In this document: positions 16,205 through 26,729 of the stretch, piece by piece
Numbering within the stretch: the stretch's first letter is position 1
Layout: every line of letters starts with the position of its first letter
DNA from: an uncultured Gammaproteobacteria bacterium
GTDB taxonomy: Bacteria > Patescibacteriota > Patescibacteriia > JAHIZJ01
Direction of reading: 5' to 3'
DNA length: 64,000 nt
Assembly: GCA_964371245.1 (NCBI GenBank)
Contig: CAYJKP010000001.1
Span: 123,042 to 187,041 of the forward strand
Position numbers and translations under genes: made by a program
The notes under the pieces: model-generated
What the model was told of the DNA's origin: nothing
Seen by the model: only the letters and a program-made list of their open reading frames with translations
The model's database searches: none

Positions 16205-16313
16205 GTGTTAGTTGTTGTCAAACTTCTTCGTTATTTAGGATTGTGAAAAAGCTACTTTACCTCGGTCTCCCTTCGGGAGATCCCCCGTAGGGGGACCAAC
16301 TCTCCGTATCATA

Positions 16314-17054
16314 TTACTGTTTTGATCGGGCAAACACGACACCCCAGACTTTTCCGGCGCCAGCCTTACGAAGCGTCTGGGCGCAGGCCTCAAGCGTGGC
16401 GAGCGTTGTGGCCACATCATCAATAAGTATAACGGTTTGACCAGATATGACAACCCCTCGTTTGACCCGGATGGCGGCCGTCAGATTGGCTAAACGTTCA
16501 GCGCGCGCCAACTGAGCTTGCGGGCTCGTATAATAGGCGCGGCTGAGTATATCAGTTCGTACGGGCCAGTCAAGCGCCTGTCCAAAAGCCCTGGCGATCG
16601 TCTCGGCTTGATTAAAGCCACGTTCGTTTTTTCGTTGCCAATGAAGGGGGATCGGGATTACAACCGGTTTTTGATTGGCTGTGTCAATGGCCAGCCGCTG
16701 CGTTGTTATGGCCGAGGCGATCTCTTGTCCGAGGGACACGCCAAGTTCTTCAATGAACCGGTATTTCAGGGCGTGAACGCAGGTTTGGATAAGAGGTTGT
16801 TGATAATCAGCCCGGACGAATAAACCAGCAAGCGAAGTTTTATGCGAGCAATCAGGACAGGTCAAGTACGACGCTTGCGGCCGGCGACATACGGGGCACT
16901 CAGGCTGGGGGATAGGTCCGATGCGTTTTCGGCAGTCGTCGCACAGCCAACGGTCGTAACGGCCACACCCGCCGACGCAGCGGATCGGGAAAATGCAATC
17001 GAGAACGAGTTGCCAATAACGCCGAAGTGTTTTCGCGTACATAAAAAGGCGCAT
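16314..17054 (-). CDS. comFC: ComF family protein (competence protein ComFC; double zinc-ribbon + phosphoribosyltransferase-like domain)
   Basis: N-terminal CxxC...CxxC pairs (CPVCRRP, CPDCSH), C-terminal PRTase-like 'VILIDDVATTLATL'. Confidence 0.75.
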   Translation of the reverse strand: MRLFMYAKTLRRYWQLVLDCIFPIRCVGGCGRYDRWLCDDCRKRIGPIPQPECPVCRRPQASYLTCPDCSHKTSLAGLFVRADYQQPLIQTCVHALKYRFIEELGVSLGQEIASAITTQRLAIDTANQKPVVIPIPLHWQRKNERGFNQAETIARAFGQALDWPVRTDILSRAYYTSPQAQLARAERLANLTAAIRVKRGVVISGQTVILIDDVATTLATLEACAQTLRKAGAGKVWGVVFARSKQ

Positions 17055-17075
17055 TCTCCCAACCGCCTTTTTTTC

Positions 17076-19562
17076 CTACGATTTTCGGATGACGATTTTT
17101 TGTTTTTGGACGTCGAGTTTTAGAGCGGCACCTGATTCGAGCTGGCCGGAAATGATTTCCTCAGCCAATTTCGTTTCGATTTCGTCTTGGATGATTTTTC
17201 GTACGGCCCGGGCGCCCTCCTCTGGTTTGAAGGCTTTTTTTGCGATGTATTTGATGGCGGCCGGCGTCGCCTGAACACTGAGCTGATGATGGCCCAAGCG
17301 CTGTTCCAGGGCGGCCAGCTGAAGCTGGACGATTTGTTCAACGACGTGCTCGGTTAACGGCCGAAAGACGACAATGTTATCGAGCCGATTGATGAATTCG
17401 GGTCGAAACGATTTCTTTAAATTTTGCAGGATATCCTGTTTGATGCTTTCGTACGAATTTTCCTGTTCGTCGGATTGAGCGGCGGATCGAAAACCGACCT
17501 TTGCGGCTCGGTTAAGCTCAGCCACGCCGACGTTCGAGGTCATGATGATAACGGTGTTTTTGAAATTCACCTTCTTGCCGACCGCGTCGGTGAGCTGGCC
17601 GTCTTCCAGTACCTGGAGCAGGAGATTGAAGACGTCCGGATGGGCTTTTTCGATCTCGTCGAATAACACCACGACATACGGCTTGCGACGGACGATTTCG
17701 GTCAGCTTGCCCCCCTCTTTGTAGCCGACGTAGCCGGGCGGCGCTCCAATCAATTTTGAAGCTTGAAAACTCTCGCCAAACTCGGACATATCGATGCGGA
17801 GCAGCGCCTTCGGGTCCTCGAAGACGACATCGGCAATAACCTTGGCCAGCTCGGTTTTGCCGACCCCCGAAGGCCCGAGAAACATAAACGATCCAATCGG
17901 TCGGTTTGGCTCGGTCAAGCCGGCGCGCGCCCGGCGAAGGCAACGCGCGACCGTCTGGACGGCTTCGCTTTGGCCGATAATTCGTTCGGCCAGGTCGTGT
18001 TCCAGGCGGAGTAACTTATCCTTTTCTTCCTTGAGTAGTTCGGTGACCGGGATTTTTGTCATTCGGGCGACTATTTCGGCGATGTCTTTTTGGGTTATTT
18101 CACCCTGGAGCTCGGTTTGTTCCTGGCGCCGCTTTTCTTTCAATATGCTGATACGACGTCGCAACAACTCTTGCTGGGTTTTGAGGCGCATTGCCCCTTG
18201 AAACTGTTCCGTCGCCACCGCCTCGTGTTTTTTCTTTTCCGAGTCCTTGACCTGCTTGGTGAGATGGAGTATTTCTTTCGTCCGTTCGTCCTGTTTACGG
18301 CCGACCTTGTGTTTTGAGGCCGCTTCGTCAATCAGGTCGATCGCCTTATCGGGAAAAAACTTATCTTGAAGATATCGTTGGCTGAACCGAACTGCCGCTC
18401 GTAGTGCGGCATCGGTGATATTCACCTGGTGGAACAACTCATAATTTTTCTTGATGCCGCGGAGCACCTCAAGCGTTTCTTCAGGACTCGGTTCCTCCAC
18501 CAAGATTGGCTGGAAGCGGCGCTCCAGGGCGGGGTCAGACTCGATATGCTTGCGGTATTCGTCGAGCGTGGTCGCACCGATGCAACGAATCTCGCCTTTT
18601 GCCAAGGCCGGTTTCAAAATATTGGCGGCATCAAGCGTCCCAGTTGCTCCACCCGTGCCGATGATTGTGTGAAGCTCGTCGATAAAGAGAATGATATTCG
18701 GATCTTTTTTTATTTCATCGATGATCTGTTTGAAACGGGCTTCAAATTCACCCCGATAGATCGTCCCGGCGATGACGAGGCCGAGATCAAGATTCAATAT
18801 GCGTTTATCGAGCAGAATGTCCGGAACTTCGTGATTGAGTATTTTTTTTGCCAAACCCTCGACGATGGCGGTTTTTCCCACTCCCGGATCGCCGATTAAG
18901 ACCGGGTTGTTCTTTGTCCGGCGGGAGAGGATATGGATTAAGCGTTCGATTTCATCGATTCGGCCGATCACCGGGTCGATTTTTTTCTGGAGGTGTTCAG
19001 AGGTCAGATCGGTACAAAAGAAATCAAGAGCCGGGGTAGCCGGACTGCCATCGGGTTGGAGAGCGAGCTCGCCATTTTTATCGAAAATCTCGGTCAGGTC
19101 TGGAAATTTTGAGGTGCTTTTTAATACCTGCAAGAGCTGTTGATTCAAGTGCTGGAGATTGACCTGGCTACGCTGAAGCATAGCGTGAATATTCGATTCT
19201 TTGAGCTGGGCCAGGGCATAGAGGAGATGTTCTGTGCCAATATATTTATGGTTGTGCTGTCGAGCGGTTGTCGTCGCTTTGACGAGTGCCTCTTTGGCGA
19301 GCGGGGAGAAATCAATCGGTTTCGCCGGCGTTTGGCCAGCAGCGGGTTTGATCTTTTCCAGAATGACCGTTTTAGCAACGTCTTTTTTTAAGCCGACCTT
19401 GTGGAGAATCTCCGAGCCCAAGCTGCCACGCTGAGAAAGCAGACTGTACAGCAAATGCTCCGGCAGGATAGCCGGGTGGCCCCACTCCTGAGTCAATTCA
19501 GTGGCTTTTAGCAGGGTCCGCTTCAGGTGGGTGGTAAATTTATTGAGCGTGTCGAGATTCAT
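17076..19562 (-). CDS. clpC: Clp/Hsp100-family AAA+ chaperone ATPase (ClpC-like; two Clp_N repeats, two AAA+ modules, short middle domain)
   Basis: Walker A GDPGVGKT and GPSGVGKT; sensor/arginine-finger regions; 828 aa. Confidence 0.85.
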   Translation of the reverse strand: MNLDTLNKFTTHLKRTLLKATELTQEWGHPAILPEHLLYSLLSQRGSLGSEILHKVGLKKDVAKTVILEKIKPAAGQTPAKPIDFSPLAKEALVKATTTARQHNHKYIGTEHLLYALAQLKESNIHAMLQRSQVNLQHLNQQLLQVLKSTSKFPDLTEIFDKNGELALQPDGSPATPALDFFCTDLTSEHLQKKIDPVIGRIDEIERLIHILSRRTKNNPVLIGDPGVGKTAIVEGLAKKILNHEVPDILLDKRILNLDLGLVIAGTIYRGEFEARFKQIIDEIKKDPNIILFIDELHTIIGTGGATGTLDAANILKPALAKGEIRCIGATTLDEYRKHIESDPALERRFQPILVEEPSPEETLEVLRGIKKNYELFHQVNITDAALRAAVRFSQRYLQDKFFPDKAIDLIDEAASKHKVGRKQDERTKEILHLTKQVKDSEKKKHEAVATEQFQGAMRLKTQQELLRRRISILKEKRRQEQTELQGEITQKDIAEIVARMTKIPVTELLKEEKDKLLRLEHDLAERIIGQSEAVQTVARCLRRARAGLTEPNRPIGSFMFLGPSGVGKTELAKVIADVVFEDPKALLRIDMSEFGESFQASKLIGAPPGYVGYKEGGKLTEIVRRKPYVVVLFDEIEKAHPDVFNLLLQVLEDGQLTDAVGKKVNFKNTVIIMTSNVGVAELNRAAKVGFRSAAQSDEQENSYESIKQDILQNLKKSFRPEFINRLDNIVVFRPLTEHVVEQIVQLQLAALEQRLGHHQLSVQATPAAIKYIAKKAFKPEEGARAVRKIIQDEIETKLAEEIISGQLESGAALKLDVQKQKIVIRKS

Positions 19563-19564
19563 GG

Positions 19565-20458
19565 CTAGGCCATTGTCCTCAGGGCTTTTACGCGTTCTTC
19601 GATTGGCGGGTGAGTTGAGAAAAGATTTCGGAAGGATTTGCCTGATCCGCCAAACGGGTTCGTGATATAGAGGTGGGCAGTAGCGGTGTTGACGCGGTGC
19701 AGCGGTTGCTTGTATTGGCCGATCTTTTCCAGCGCTTTAGCCAAACCCTCGGGATAGCGAGTCAACAAGGCACCGGACGCATCAGCCAAGAATTCCCGCC
19801 GCCGGGAAACGGCGAATTGGATCAACCGAGCAAAGAGGGGGGACAGGATAATCAACGCCAGCCCAATAATCGCAAATATGTCGTTCCCCTCGCGCCGGCG
19901 ACTGCCGCGAAACAAGCTGCCTCGGAAGAAAATATCAGCCAGTAGGGTAATTACGCCAACGGAGACGATAACAATCATCATGAGCCGGATATCGTAGTTT
20001 TTCACGTGTGAGAGTTCATGCGCGATCACGCCCTCAAGCTCTTCATTTTCGAGGCTCTGGATGAGTCCGGTGGTGACGGCAATCGAGGCGTGTCTCGGGT
20101 CGCGGCCGGTGGCAAAGGCATTCGGAGCTGGGTCGTCAATCACGTAGACCTTTGGTATCGGCAGACCGGCGGTGATGCAGAGATTCTCAACCATTCGATA
20201 GACATAGGGATTTTCCTCTTTGGTGATTGCCCGCGCGCCCGCCGTTGCTAAAGCAATTTTATCGCCCGAATAGTAACTGACCAGGCTCAGCGATCCGGCG
20301 ATGATTACTGCGAAAGCAATCGCGACGCCCGGGGACTGCGACCATTGGCCGACGGCCCAGCCTAAGCCGAGAACAACCACCACAAACAATAGCATGAGTA
20401 TGACCGTGGCACGTTTATTTGATGAGATTTGATTATACATAGTCAATGGATGAAGCAA
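19565..20458 (-). CDS. htpX: zinc metalloprotease HtpX (M48 family)
   Basis: HELSH zinc motif (GVIAHELSHVKNYD), TM helices, typical length. Confidence 0.85.
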   Translation of the reverse strand: MLHPLTMYNQISSNKRATVILMLLFVVVVLGLGWAVGQWSQSPGVAIAFAVIIAGSLSLVSYYSGDKIALATAGARAITKEENPYVYRMVENLCITAGLPIPKVYVIDDPAPNAFATGRDPRHASIAVTTGLIQSLENEELEGVIAHELSHVKNYDIRLMMIVIVSVGVITLLADIFFRGSLFRGSRRREGNDIFAIIGLALIILSPLFARLIQFAVSRRREFLADASGALLTRYPEGLAKALEKIGQYKQPLHRVNTATAHLYITNPFGGSGKSFRNLFSTHPPIEERVKALRTMA

Positions 20459-20511
20459 ACGGCTGAAAATCAGCCGTCCGCTTGCGAATTATTTTATCTG
20501 AGAGAATTGTT

Positions 20512-21069
20512 TTAGAATTTCACTTGCGGGGCTTTCCGTTCGGCCTCACCTTCAAGTTCGAAAAATTCCCGTTTCTTGAAGCCCAGCATGCCAGCGATTA
20601 AGGTATTCGGGAAAGTCTGGAGCATGATGTTGAAGTCCCGGACATTGCCATTGTAGAAGCGGCGAGCGGCTTGAATTTTATTCTCTGTATCAGATAGCTC
20701 GTCCTGGAGTTTGGCGAAGTTTTCTGAAGCCTTTAACTGTGGGTAATTCTCAGCCACGGCAAAGAGTGATTTCAGGGTGCTCGAGAGAGCATTCTCGGCC
20801 TTGGCTTTATCAGCCGGCGATTTGGCGCCCATGGCCGTGGCACGGGCCGCGGTCACATTCTCAAACACTTCGCGCTCGTGCGTCGCATATCCTTTGACAG
20901 TCTCGATCAGGTTCGGGATCAAATCATATCGCCGTTTTAATTGGACGTCGATGTCTGACCAGGCCTCGTCCGTTTGGTTCCGGCGCCGGATTAAACCGTT
21001 GTAGACGGCGATGAACCAAAACACGATGATGACGATAATGCCGAGGATAATCCAGGTAATAGTTGACAT
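20512..21069 (-). CDS. lemA: LemA family protein
   Basis: N-terminal TM plus LemA-like sequence (WSDIDVQLKRRYDLIPNL...). Adjacent to htpX, as is common. Confidence 0.8.
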   Translation of the reverse strand: MSTITWIILGIIVIIVFWFIAVYNGLIRRRNQTDEAWSDIDVQLKRRYDLIPNLIETVKGYATHEREVFENVTAARATAMGAKSPADKAKAENALSSTLKSLFAVAENYPQLKASENFAKLQDELSDTENKIQAARRFYNGNVRDFNIMLQTFPNTLIAGMLGFKKREFFELEGEAERKAPQVKF

Positions 21070-21095
21070 ACGTTTTTTTCCTTTGTACTCTTACA

Positions 21096-21124
21096 TTGAC
21101 ACTAAAGTAGAAATATGTTAAAAT
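21096..21124 (+). promoter_or_regulatory. putative sigma70-type promoter for the large surface protein gene (-35 TTGACA, 17-nt spacer, extended -10 TGtTAAAAT)
   Basis: TTGACA at 21096-21101, TAAAAT at 21119-21124. Confidence 0.4.
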
Positions 21125-21228
21125 TTCAAGTAGGTTGGCTGAATTTCATTTTGATTATATAATTTAGCTAACCAGGTGTCAAAAGAAACACGCCAACTGG
21201 GTAATTACCCAATAAATAACATACTACA

Positions 21229-24200
21229 ATGAAAATGGTAGGGAAACTCATAAGGAATCTTTTGCGAAAAAAGATTTTTTATTTTGGCATTGTGGCAATA
21301 ATTCTCGGACTATCATTTTGCCATTACGCATTTATCCGCTCCGCCCAGGCCGCGCCACAGTGCACATCATCGTCAATGCCAGGTGATCCGTGGGGCGGCG
21401 ATGGCGTCCATTTTTTCTATAGCGCTACGCCAACCAGTCTGATTGTCGGCCGGCCAGACGCAGTAATCGAAATCGACAGTTGCAACATGCACGAGCCAGA
21501 CAGTCCGCCAAATCGAGGTTGGAACCGATACCTACTCAGAAGGGTCGGGACGACTGGGCCGGATCTCGAAGCTCAGTACGGGTATGGTGGTGGACAGAAC
21601 TTGACCATTAGTTTTGATCTTTCGAGCGTGGCGCCTGGGTATTACAATCTCATCCACTACTATTCGAATAAAACAAGTTATATTCCCGAGGTGTGGAATC
21701 CAGGAAGCGACGGTCAGGAGCTGCCTGATTATCCAGCTGGCCCCAATGAATACTATGACGCCCCACACGTTCCAGTGGGTGATTACCATCCAAAAGTTGT
21801 TTACAATCGACAAATCTTGGTTTATTCGCCGGCAATAGTCGGCTGGGGCTGGTTTGGCGCGGCCACGCCGGGTGATACCAGTTGTCGTGATTCGCGCGGC
21901 CAGCCGTATCCCTGCGGTTCGCCTGCCTGGATGAGCTTGAATTGTTTGAGCGACACCATCGGCGGGACCAGCCGCAACCGATGCTATGACGCAGTCGACA
22001 ACCCAACTGGGGTTGATTATGGTTTGAGTTTGTTTTATGACATGGATCATTTCAGTATCCGCGGCCAAGCCTGGCTCGGCATCCATAGCGATAATGATTC
22101 AAATCCAGCAAATAATACCGGAATTGGCTGGGCAAGTTTTGATCCGACCATTGATCAAGGTAATGCCTATTATGCGGTTCCGACGCTCGCTGGCACGACC
22201 GCGACACAAGCCAGTTACAATGAAGACACGGGCGCGGTCTATGGCTGGGCTCGGATACGAACGCTCCAAGAAGAGGGGGTGAATACCCGCTGTTCAACGA
22301 CCACGCGTGATTGGAGCGACGTACCGATTAGTTTGTTGGGCAGTCTCAATGGTCTCTCTAGCCACCTCGTTGAAGCATCAGACCGCACAGTCCATGCGAC
22401 CTGGGTCGGGCCAGGTCCGGATCAGTCCATCTATTATGATTATCTGACCGGCGGTTCATGGCTGGCAAACCCGATCAATCTATCGAATATTGTGGGTGGA
22501 GAAACGGGTAACTCAGCTCCTGATATCGCAGTCGAGTCTGACGGAACAGTCTACGTATCATATATACACCAAGGGACCGATATACGCGTGTTTTCGTGCA
22601 GTTCGAGTTGCGACGATACAGCGAATTGGTCCTATACCAATGCGGTTACGGGCGTGGTTGGTTTAACAGACCAGTCGCTTGCCACGACAAAGGATTTTAG
22701 CCGCACAATCTATGTCTATTACCAATTAAACAATGAAGTATACATTGTTACCAGCCAAGACGGTAGCGCCTGGACCGGTCCGGAAAACATATCAAATTCT
22801 GGGACAGCTTCCTGGCCTCGTCTGGCCGTTGATTTTCAGGATAATGTCCACGTCGTCTGGCAAGCCGGATCAAATATCTACTATCGGAAATACACAAACG
22901 GCTCTGGCTGGTCGCCGGATTTATCCTCACCAGGCACACAAGTAAACGTACTTGGCGCCAGCGCTCATCCAGCCATCGCGGTTGATCCTGAAGCCAATCC
23001 TCACATCGTGTATGAAACTGCCGCGAATATTGTGTATCGGAAACACACCCCAATCGGCGGATGGTATTCGGAAATACAAGTGAGCAGTGGCACGAGCGAT
23101 ACCAATCCGATCATCGCCTATGGAAATGATTACCGGGTGCATATTCTGTATCTCGACAACGACCACGCTCCCAACAAGAAAATCCTATACACCGAATCAA
23201 CCAACGGCAAAGACTGGTCTGTGCCAAATCCAGTCTATGATGAAAACACAGTCGATCAATTGTCCCCCGATGCAATCGTGACAAAGGATAATTATGTTCA
23301 GGCGCTTTTTAGCCGGCCGGGCGATGTGATCCATCAAACCGTGTCCACCGGCAGCTTTGGCGACTCCTGCACAGCGCCAAGTCCAACTGACGTGTCCGGA
23401 ACGGACTGGGGCTGGGTAAGCCTCCGTGGCGGACTGGGCATGTGTGGTGCCGCGCAATGCGCCACTCCCCAAGATTATGCCGACGTTCTCGAAACAATCG
23501 GTCCAGGTTTCCGGAGTTGTTTTGCCTGTGATGAAACGGCCAAGTCCTGCAAAATCTGCGAAGTCCTCGATAAGGATTATGGCGCTCCCAGCGCGACGAA
23601 CCCGCCGCGCTATGCCTGTAATGTCTGTACGGCTTGCGGAAAATGCGAAAATCAGCCGGCCATATCTTGCTATGATGATACGCCGTGTAATGGCGGGAGC
23701 TGCGTGATTAATAATAAATGCTCACGCACGGGGGTGGCGTGTGATCAAGAGAACCCGTGTGAGTGGACTGAAGGCGAAAAGAACGAATGTGTCCCGGCCT
23801 GTGCGTCTTGCGATTCTTGTAATATCTGGGGCGTATCGATCGATGGTGATCTTGCGACGGGCGCAAATTTTCACGGCTATGGCTGGTCAGCCGGCGGGAC
23901 AGTAGATATCACTGGTCAGCCCGGTTCGTATAATTCTGGAGACGTCGATTCAGCCTATAATTTAACATTGGCCGGAGCATGTACCAGCTCAAATGATTGC
24001 GTTGCTGGCGGCTGGGCGATAAATAATCCAGCTAATCCGAACTTTAATACAGCCGGGCAGTTGTGCGGTAAGGATGCAGACTTTGGTCTGGCGGGTGGAA
24101 CACTCGACGGTTGGGGTGCTTGTCAGGTTCGCGGGCCAGGGGCGTTGACCAAGTATTTCACCAAAGACATCCCGATCACCCAGGCTGGCAACTATTTCAT

Positions 24201-25476
24201 ATCACTTAACGCGATCTTCGATGCCTCGGTGAACGAAAATGTGGTTATCGAAATACTTGATAACGCGACTGATGGAAATATTATCAAAACCTTAACTTCG
24301 GCCGATCTGAATAACGTCGGAAAGGTCCGTAAAACGTGCACCTTCCCGAACGAGGTCTATCTCGAACCAGGCAATTTATTGCGCCTTAAGTCGTCAAATG
24401 ACGTTGATACCGAAATCGATTCTTTTCAGCTTACCAGCCTGCCGGTCAGCGACTTGAACTGCGAGCTGAACAATGAGTTGACCGAGGTATATGTCGATGA
24501 GGTCGGATTCGGCTTCATGGATTATAGCAACGTGTCTACACTCGACCCGTGGGTACAGACGCAATATGGCAATATTTATTCAGGCGGGGCAGTTGGTCCG
24601 GGCGGCGGAGCGCCAGCCGGAGCCATGAACTCGACCTATATCATTGGCACGGCCGCAGGTGCAGGAATTGATAGCAGCTGGATTGCTCCAATCATCCGGG
24701 AAGGCACGGAAACGACATTCGGGCTACCATCGGCCGAGCATAATTATCGAAACCCGCTCGGAAAAATACCGTATGCAGAGCTAAGCAAACCAGCCGGTAG
24801 TAATCCCTACAGCGACCGCGTGATCGAGTATAATAGTGAGACGGCACCGGCCTGCGACCCAGTCACTCATAATATCTCCTGGGGCCAGGTAAAGGACAAC
24901 ATCATACCGCCCAACGGAAAGGGTCCGTTACGAAAAGGGGTCTATCATTTTGGACGCATTGATGATCCCTGCAATCTCGTTATTAATCAAGAAATGGAAC
25001 TTGAAAACGGCAATAATGAGAATGGCGCAGGAACCTTCTTAATTGAGGGTGACCTGATTGTTGACGCCAACATCTCGGTTAAAGAAACCGGTAATCAGAT
25101 AGATGTCATTAGCGAACTCGCCTCAGCTGGGTTCATTGTAAAGGGGAATGTTAAAATAAAAGGTACGGTCACCGAGATGGTCGGCGCCTATGCCGTAATC
25201 GGCTGTGATAATGTCGGCGGAAACTGCCAGGGCGATCCGTCAAGCCATGTTGGTTTGTTTGATACGGCATATGACTCCGATGCGTCAACCGATCAATTCA
25301 AGCTGTATGGCGTGGTTATTGCATATCGCTATGATTTTGGACGGAAGTATTCTGGTCTGGAAGGCGCCGAGGTCTTCACGAATAACGGCGTTCTCCAAGC
25401 CAATCCTCCGCCGGGATTTGTGGATATTTCAACTGCCACGAAGATTTCGGCCGAAAGACCGTTTACCACCCCCTAA
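21229..25476 (+). CDS. very large secreted/surface protein with Asp-box (BNR-like) beta-propeller repeats and a Cys-rich central region
   Basis: Signal/TM at the N-terminus. Repeated 'hVxW...IYYRKxTxxxGWS' units with Asp-box-like motifs (SQDGSAWT, STNGKDWS). A ~300-aa stretch contains >35 Cys. 1415 aa. Confidence 0.7.
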   Translation: MKMVGKLIRNLLRKKIFYFGIVAIILGLSFCHYAFIRSAQAAPQCTSSSMPGDPWGGDGVHFFYSATPTSLIVGRPDAVIEIDSCNMHEPDSPPNRGWNRYLLRRVGTTGPDLEAQYGYGGGQNLTISFDLSSVAPGYYNLIHYYSNKTSYIPEVWNPGSDGQELPDYPAGPNEYYDAPHVPVGDYHPKVVYNRQILVYSPAIVGWGWFGAATPGDTSCRDSRGQPYPCGSPAWMSLNCLSDTIGGTSRNRCYDAVDNPTGVDYGLSLFYDMDHFSIRGQAWLGIHSDNDSNPANNTGIGWASFDPTIDQGNAYYAVPTLAGTTATQASYNEDTGAVYGWARIRTLQEEGVNTRCSTTTRDWSDVPISLLGSLNGLSSHLVEASDRTVHATWVGPGPDQSIYYDYLTGGSWLANPINLSNIVGGETGNSAPDIAVESDGTVYVSYIHQGTDIRVFSCSSSCDDTANWSYTNAVTGVVGLTDQSLATTKDFSRTIYVYYQLNNEVYIVTSQDGSAWTGPENISNSGTASWPRLAVDFQDNVHVVWQAGSNIYYRKYTNGSGWSPDLSSPGTQVNVLGASAHPAIAVDPEANPHIVYETAANIVYRKHTPIGGWYSEIQVSSGTSDTNPIIAYGNDYRVHILYLDNDHAPNKKILYTESTNGKDWSVPNPVYDENTVDQLSPDAIVTKDNYVQALFSRPGDVIHQTVSTGSFGDSCTAPSPTDVSGTDWGWVSLRGGLGMCGAAQCATPQDYADVLETIGPGFRSCFACDETAKSCKICEVLDKDYGAPSATNPPRYACNVCTACGKCENQPAISCYDDTPCNGGSCVINNKCSRTGVACDQENPCEWTEGEKNECVPACASCDSCNIWGVSIDGDLATGANFHGYGWSAGGTVDITGQPGSYNSGDVDSAYNLTLAGACTSSNDCVAGGWAINNPANPNFNTAGQLCGKDADFGLAGGTLDGWGACQVRGPGALTKYFTKDIPITQAGNYFISLNAIFDASVNENVVIEILDNATDGNIIKTLTSADLNNVGKVRKTCTFPNEVYLEPGNLLRLKSSNDVDTEIDSFQLTSLPVSDLNCELNNELTEVYVDEVGFGFMDYSNVSTLDPWVQTQYGNIYSGGAVGPGGGAPAGAMNSTYIIGTAAGAGIDSSWIAPIIREGTETTFGLPSAEHNYRNPLGKIPYAELSKPAGSNPYSDRVIEYNSETAPACDPVTHNISWGQVKDNIIPPNGKGPLRKGVYHFGRIDDPCNLVINQEMELENGNNENGAGTFLIEGDLIVDANISVKETGNQIDVISELASAGFIVKGNVKIKGTVTEMVGAYAVIGCDNVGGNCQGDPSSHVGLFDTAYDSDASTDQFKLYGVVIAYRYDFGRKYSGLEGAEVFTNNGVLQANPPPGFVDISTATKISAERPFTTP

Positions 25477-25494
25477 AATCTGATCATAATACTG

Positions 25495-25523
25495 AAAAGG
25501 GCTGATATTCAGCCCTTTTTGTT
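25495..25523 (+). terminator. rho-independent terminator (AAAAGGGCTGA-tat-TCAGCCCTTTT + T)
   Basis: Perfect 11-bp stem immediately after the stop of the large gene, followed by a T-run. Confidence 0.65.
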
Positions 25524-25529
25524 GAAATC

Positions 25530-25558
25530 TTGAATTTTTTGTAGTTTTATGCTATACT
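25530..25558 (+). promoter_or_regulatory. putative promoter of the pil operon (-35 TTGAAT, 17-nt spacer, TGcTATACT)
   Basis: Sequence match; located 37 nt upstream of the pilM start. Confidence 0.4.
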
Positions 25559-25595
25559 TAAATTGTAGAAAATAAACATCCACCATAATACCAAT

Positions 25596-26720
25596 ATGGG
25601 TCTATTTGCGAAAAGATTGAGTTATATCGGCATTGATATTGGCACTGCCGGTATTAAAATTGTCGAATTATTGAATGATCAGGGCAAACCGCGCCTGGCT
25701 ACGTATGGGTATCTCGATGAGCCGATTAATGTGGTTCGGAGCGATTCGCCGGAGGCGCACGCGAAGGCCGTTCAGGTGATTAAAGAGATATTTAAACAAG
25801 CCAAAGTCGGTACGAATCGCGTCATTTCCGCCTTGCCCAGCTTTTCCGTCTTCAGCGCGATTATCAGTCTGCCAAACATGTCCCGTAAGGAGCTTGTTTC
25901 AGCCGTCCGGTGGGAAGCAAAAAAATTCGTGCCCATGCCGATTGAGGAAATGATATTGGACTGGAAAGTACTCGATGAACAAACGAATGACGGGGCGCCG
26001 TCGAAAGCCGAGTCAGCGCCAACGGATAAGAAAGCAGGCGAGCCAGCGGCACCAGGGAAAAATTTAAACATTTTACTAACAGCCGCGCCGCGCAACCTCG
26101 TTCAACGGTATCTCAATATATTTAAAGAGCTCAACGTCAAACTGGTCGGCCTTGAGACGGAGGCGTTCGCGCTCGAACGGTCATTGATCGGGCACGATAA
26201 ATCGGCCGTCATGATTGTCGATATCGGTGGTCTGAACACGAATGTCTGCGTTATGCGTGACAGCATTCCGCTTTTGAATCGGAGCATCGACGTCGGCGGG
26301 GAAACGATCACCCGGACAATTGCGAACGGATTAAACGTCGATTTGGAACGCGCGGAACAGTTCAAACGCGATTTTGGCATGTCGACGGATGAGTCCGGCG
26401 GACAGCAGCAGATTCCGAAAACGATCGAATTCGTTATCAGTTCGATTGTCAACGAAATAAAATACTGTTTTAATCTCTACCACAACCAATCGCTCGGACC
26501 GACCGACGCGAACAAGGCGATAGAGAAGGTGATATTAATCGGCGGCTCCGCATTTTTACCGTCGTTACCAGAGTATCTTTCCAAGGTCTTGAATATGCGT
26601 GTCTATATCGGCGATCCTTGGGCGCGGGTCGCCTACCCAGAAGAGCTGAAGCCGGTTCTGACCGAACTCGGTCCGAAGCTGGCTGTTGCCATTGGCTTAG
26701 CGATGAGAGAAATATATTAA
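25596..26720 (+). CDS. pilM: type IV pilus assembly protein PilM (actin-like ATPase fold)
   Basis: N-terminal 'IGIDIGTAGIKIVEL', ASKHA-fold layout, ~370 aa; followed by pilN/pilO. Confidence 0.85.
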   Translation: MGLFAKRLSYIGIDIGTAGIKIVELLNDQGKPRLATYGYLDEPINVVRSDSPEAHAKAVQVIKEIFKQAKVGTNRVISALPSFSVFSAIISLPNMSRKELVSAVRWEAKKFVPMPIEEMILDWKVLDEQTNDGAPSKAESAPTDKKAGEPAAPGKNLNILLTAAPRNLVQRYLNIFKELNVKLVGLETEAFALERSLIGHDKSAVMIVDIGGLNTNVCVMRDSIPLLNRSIDVGGETITRTIANGLNVDLERAEQFKRDFGMSTDESGGQQQIPKTIEFVISSIVNEIKYCFNLYHNQSLGPTDANKAIEKVILIGGSAFLPSLPEYLSKVLNMRVYIGDPWARVAYPEELKPVLTELGPKLAVAIGLAMREIY

Positions 26721-26729
26721 AAAAAACCT

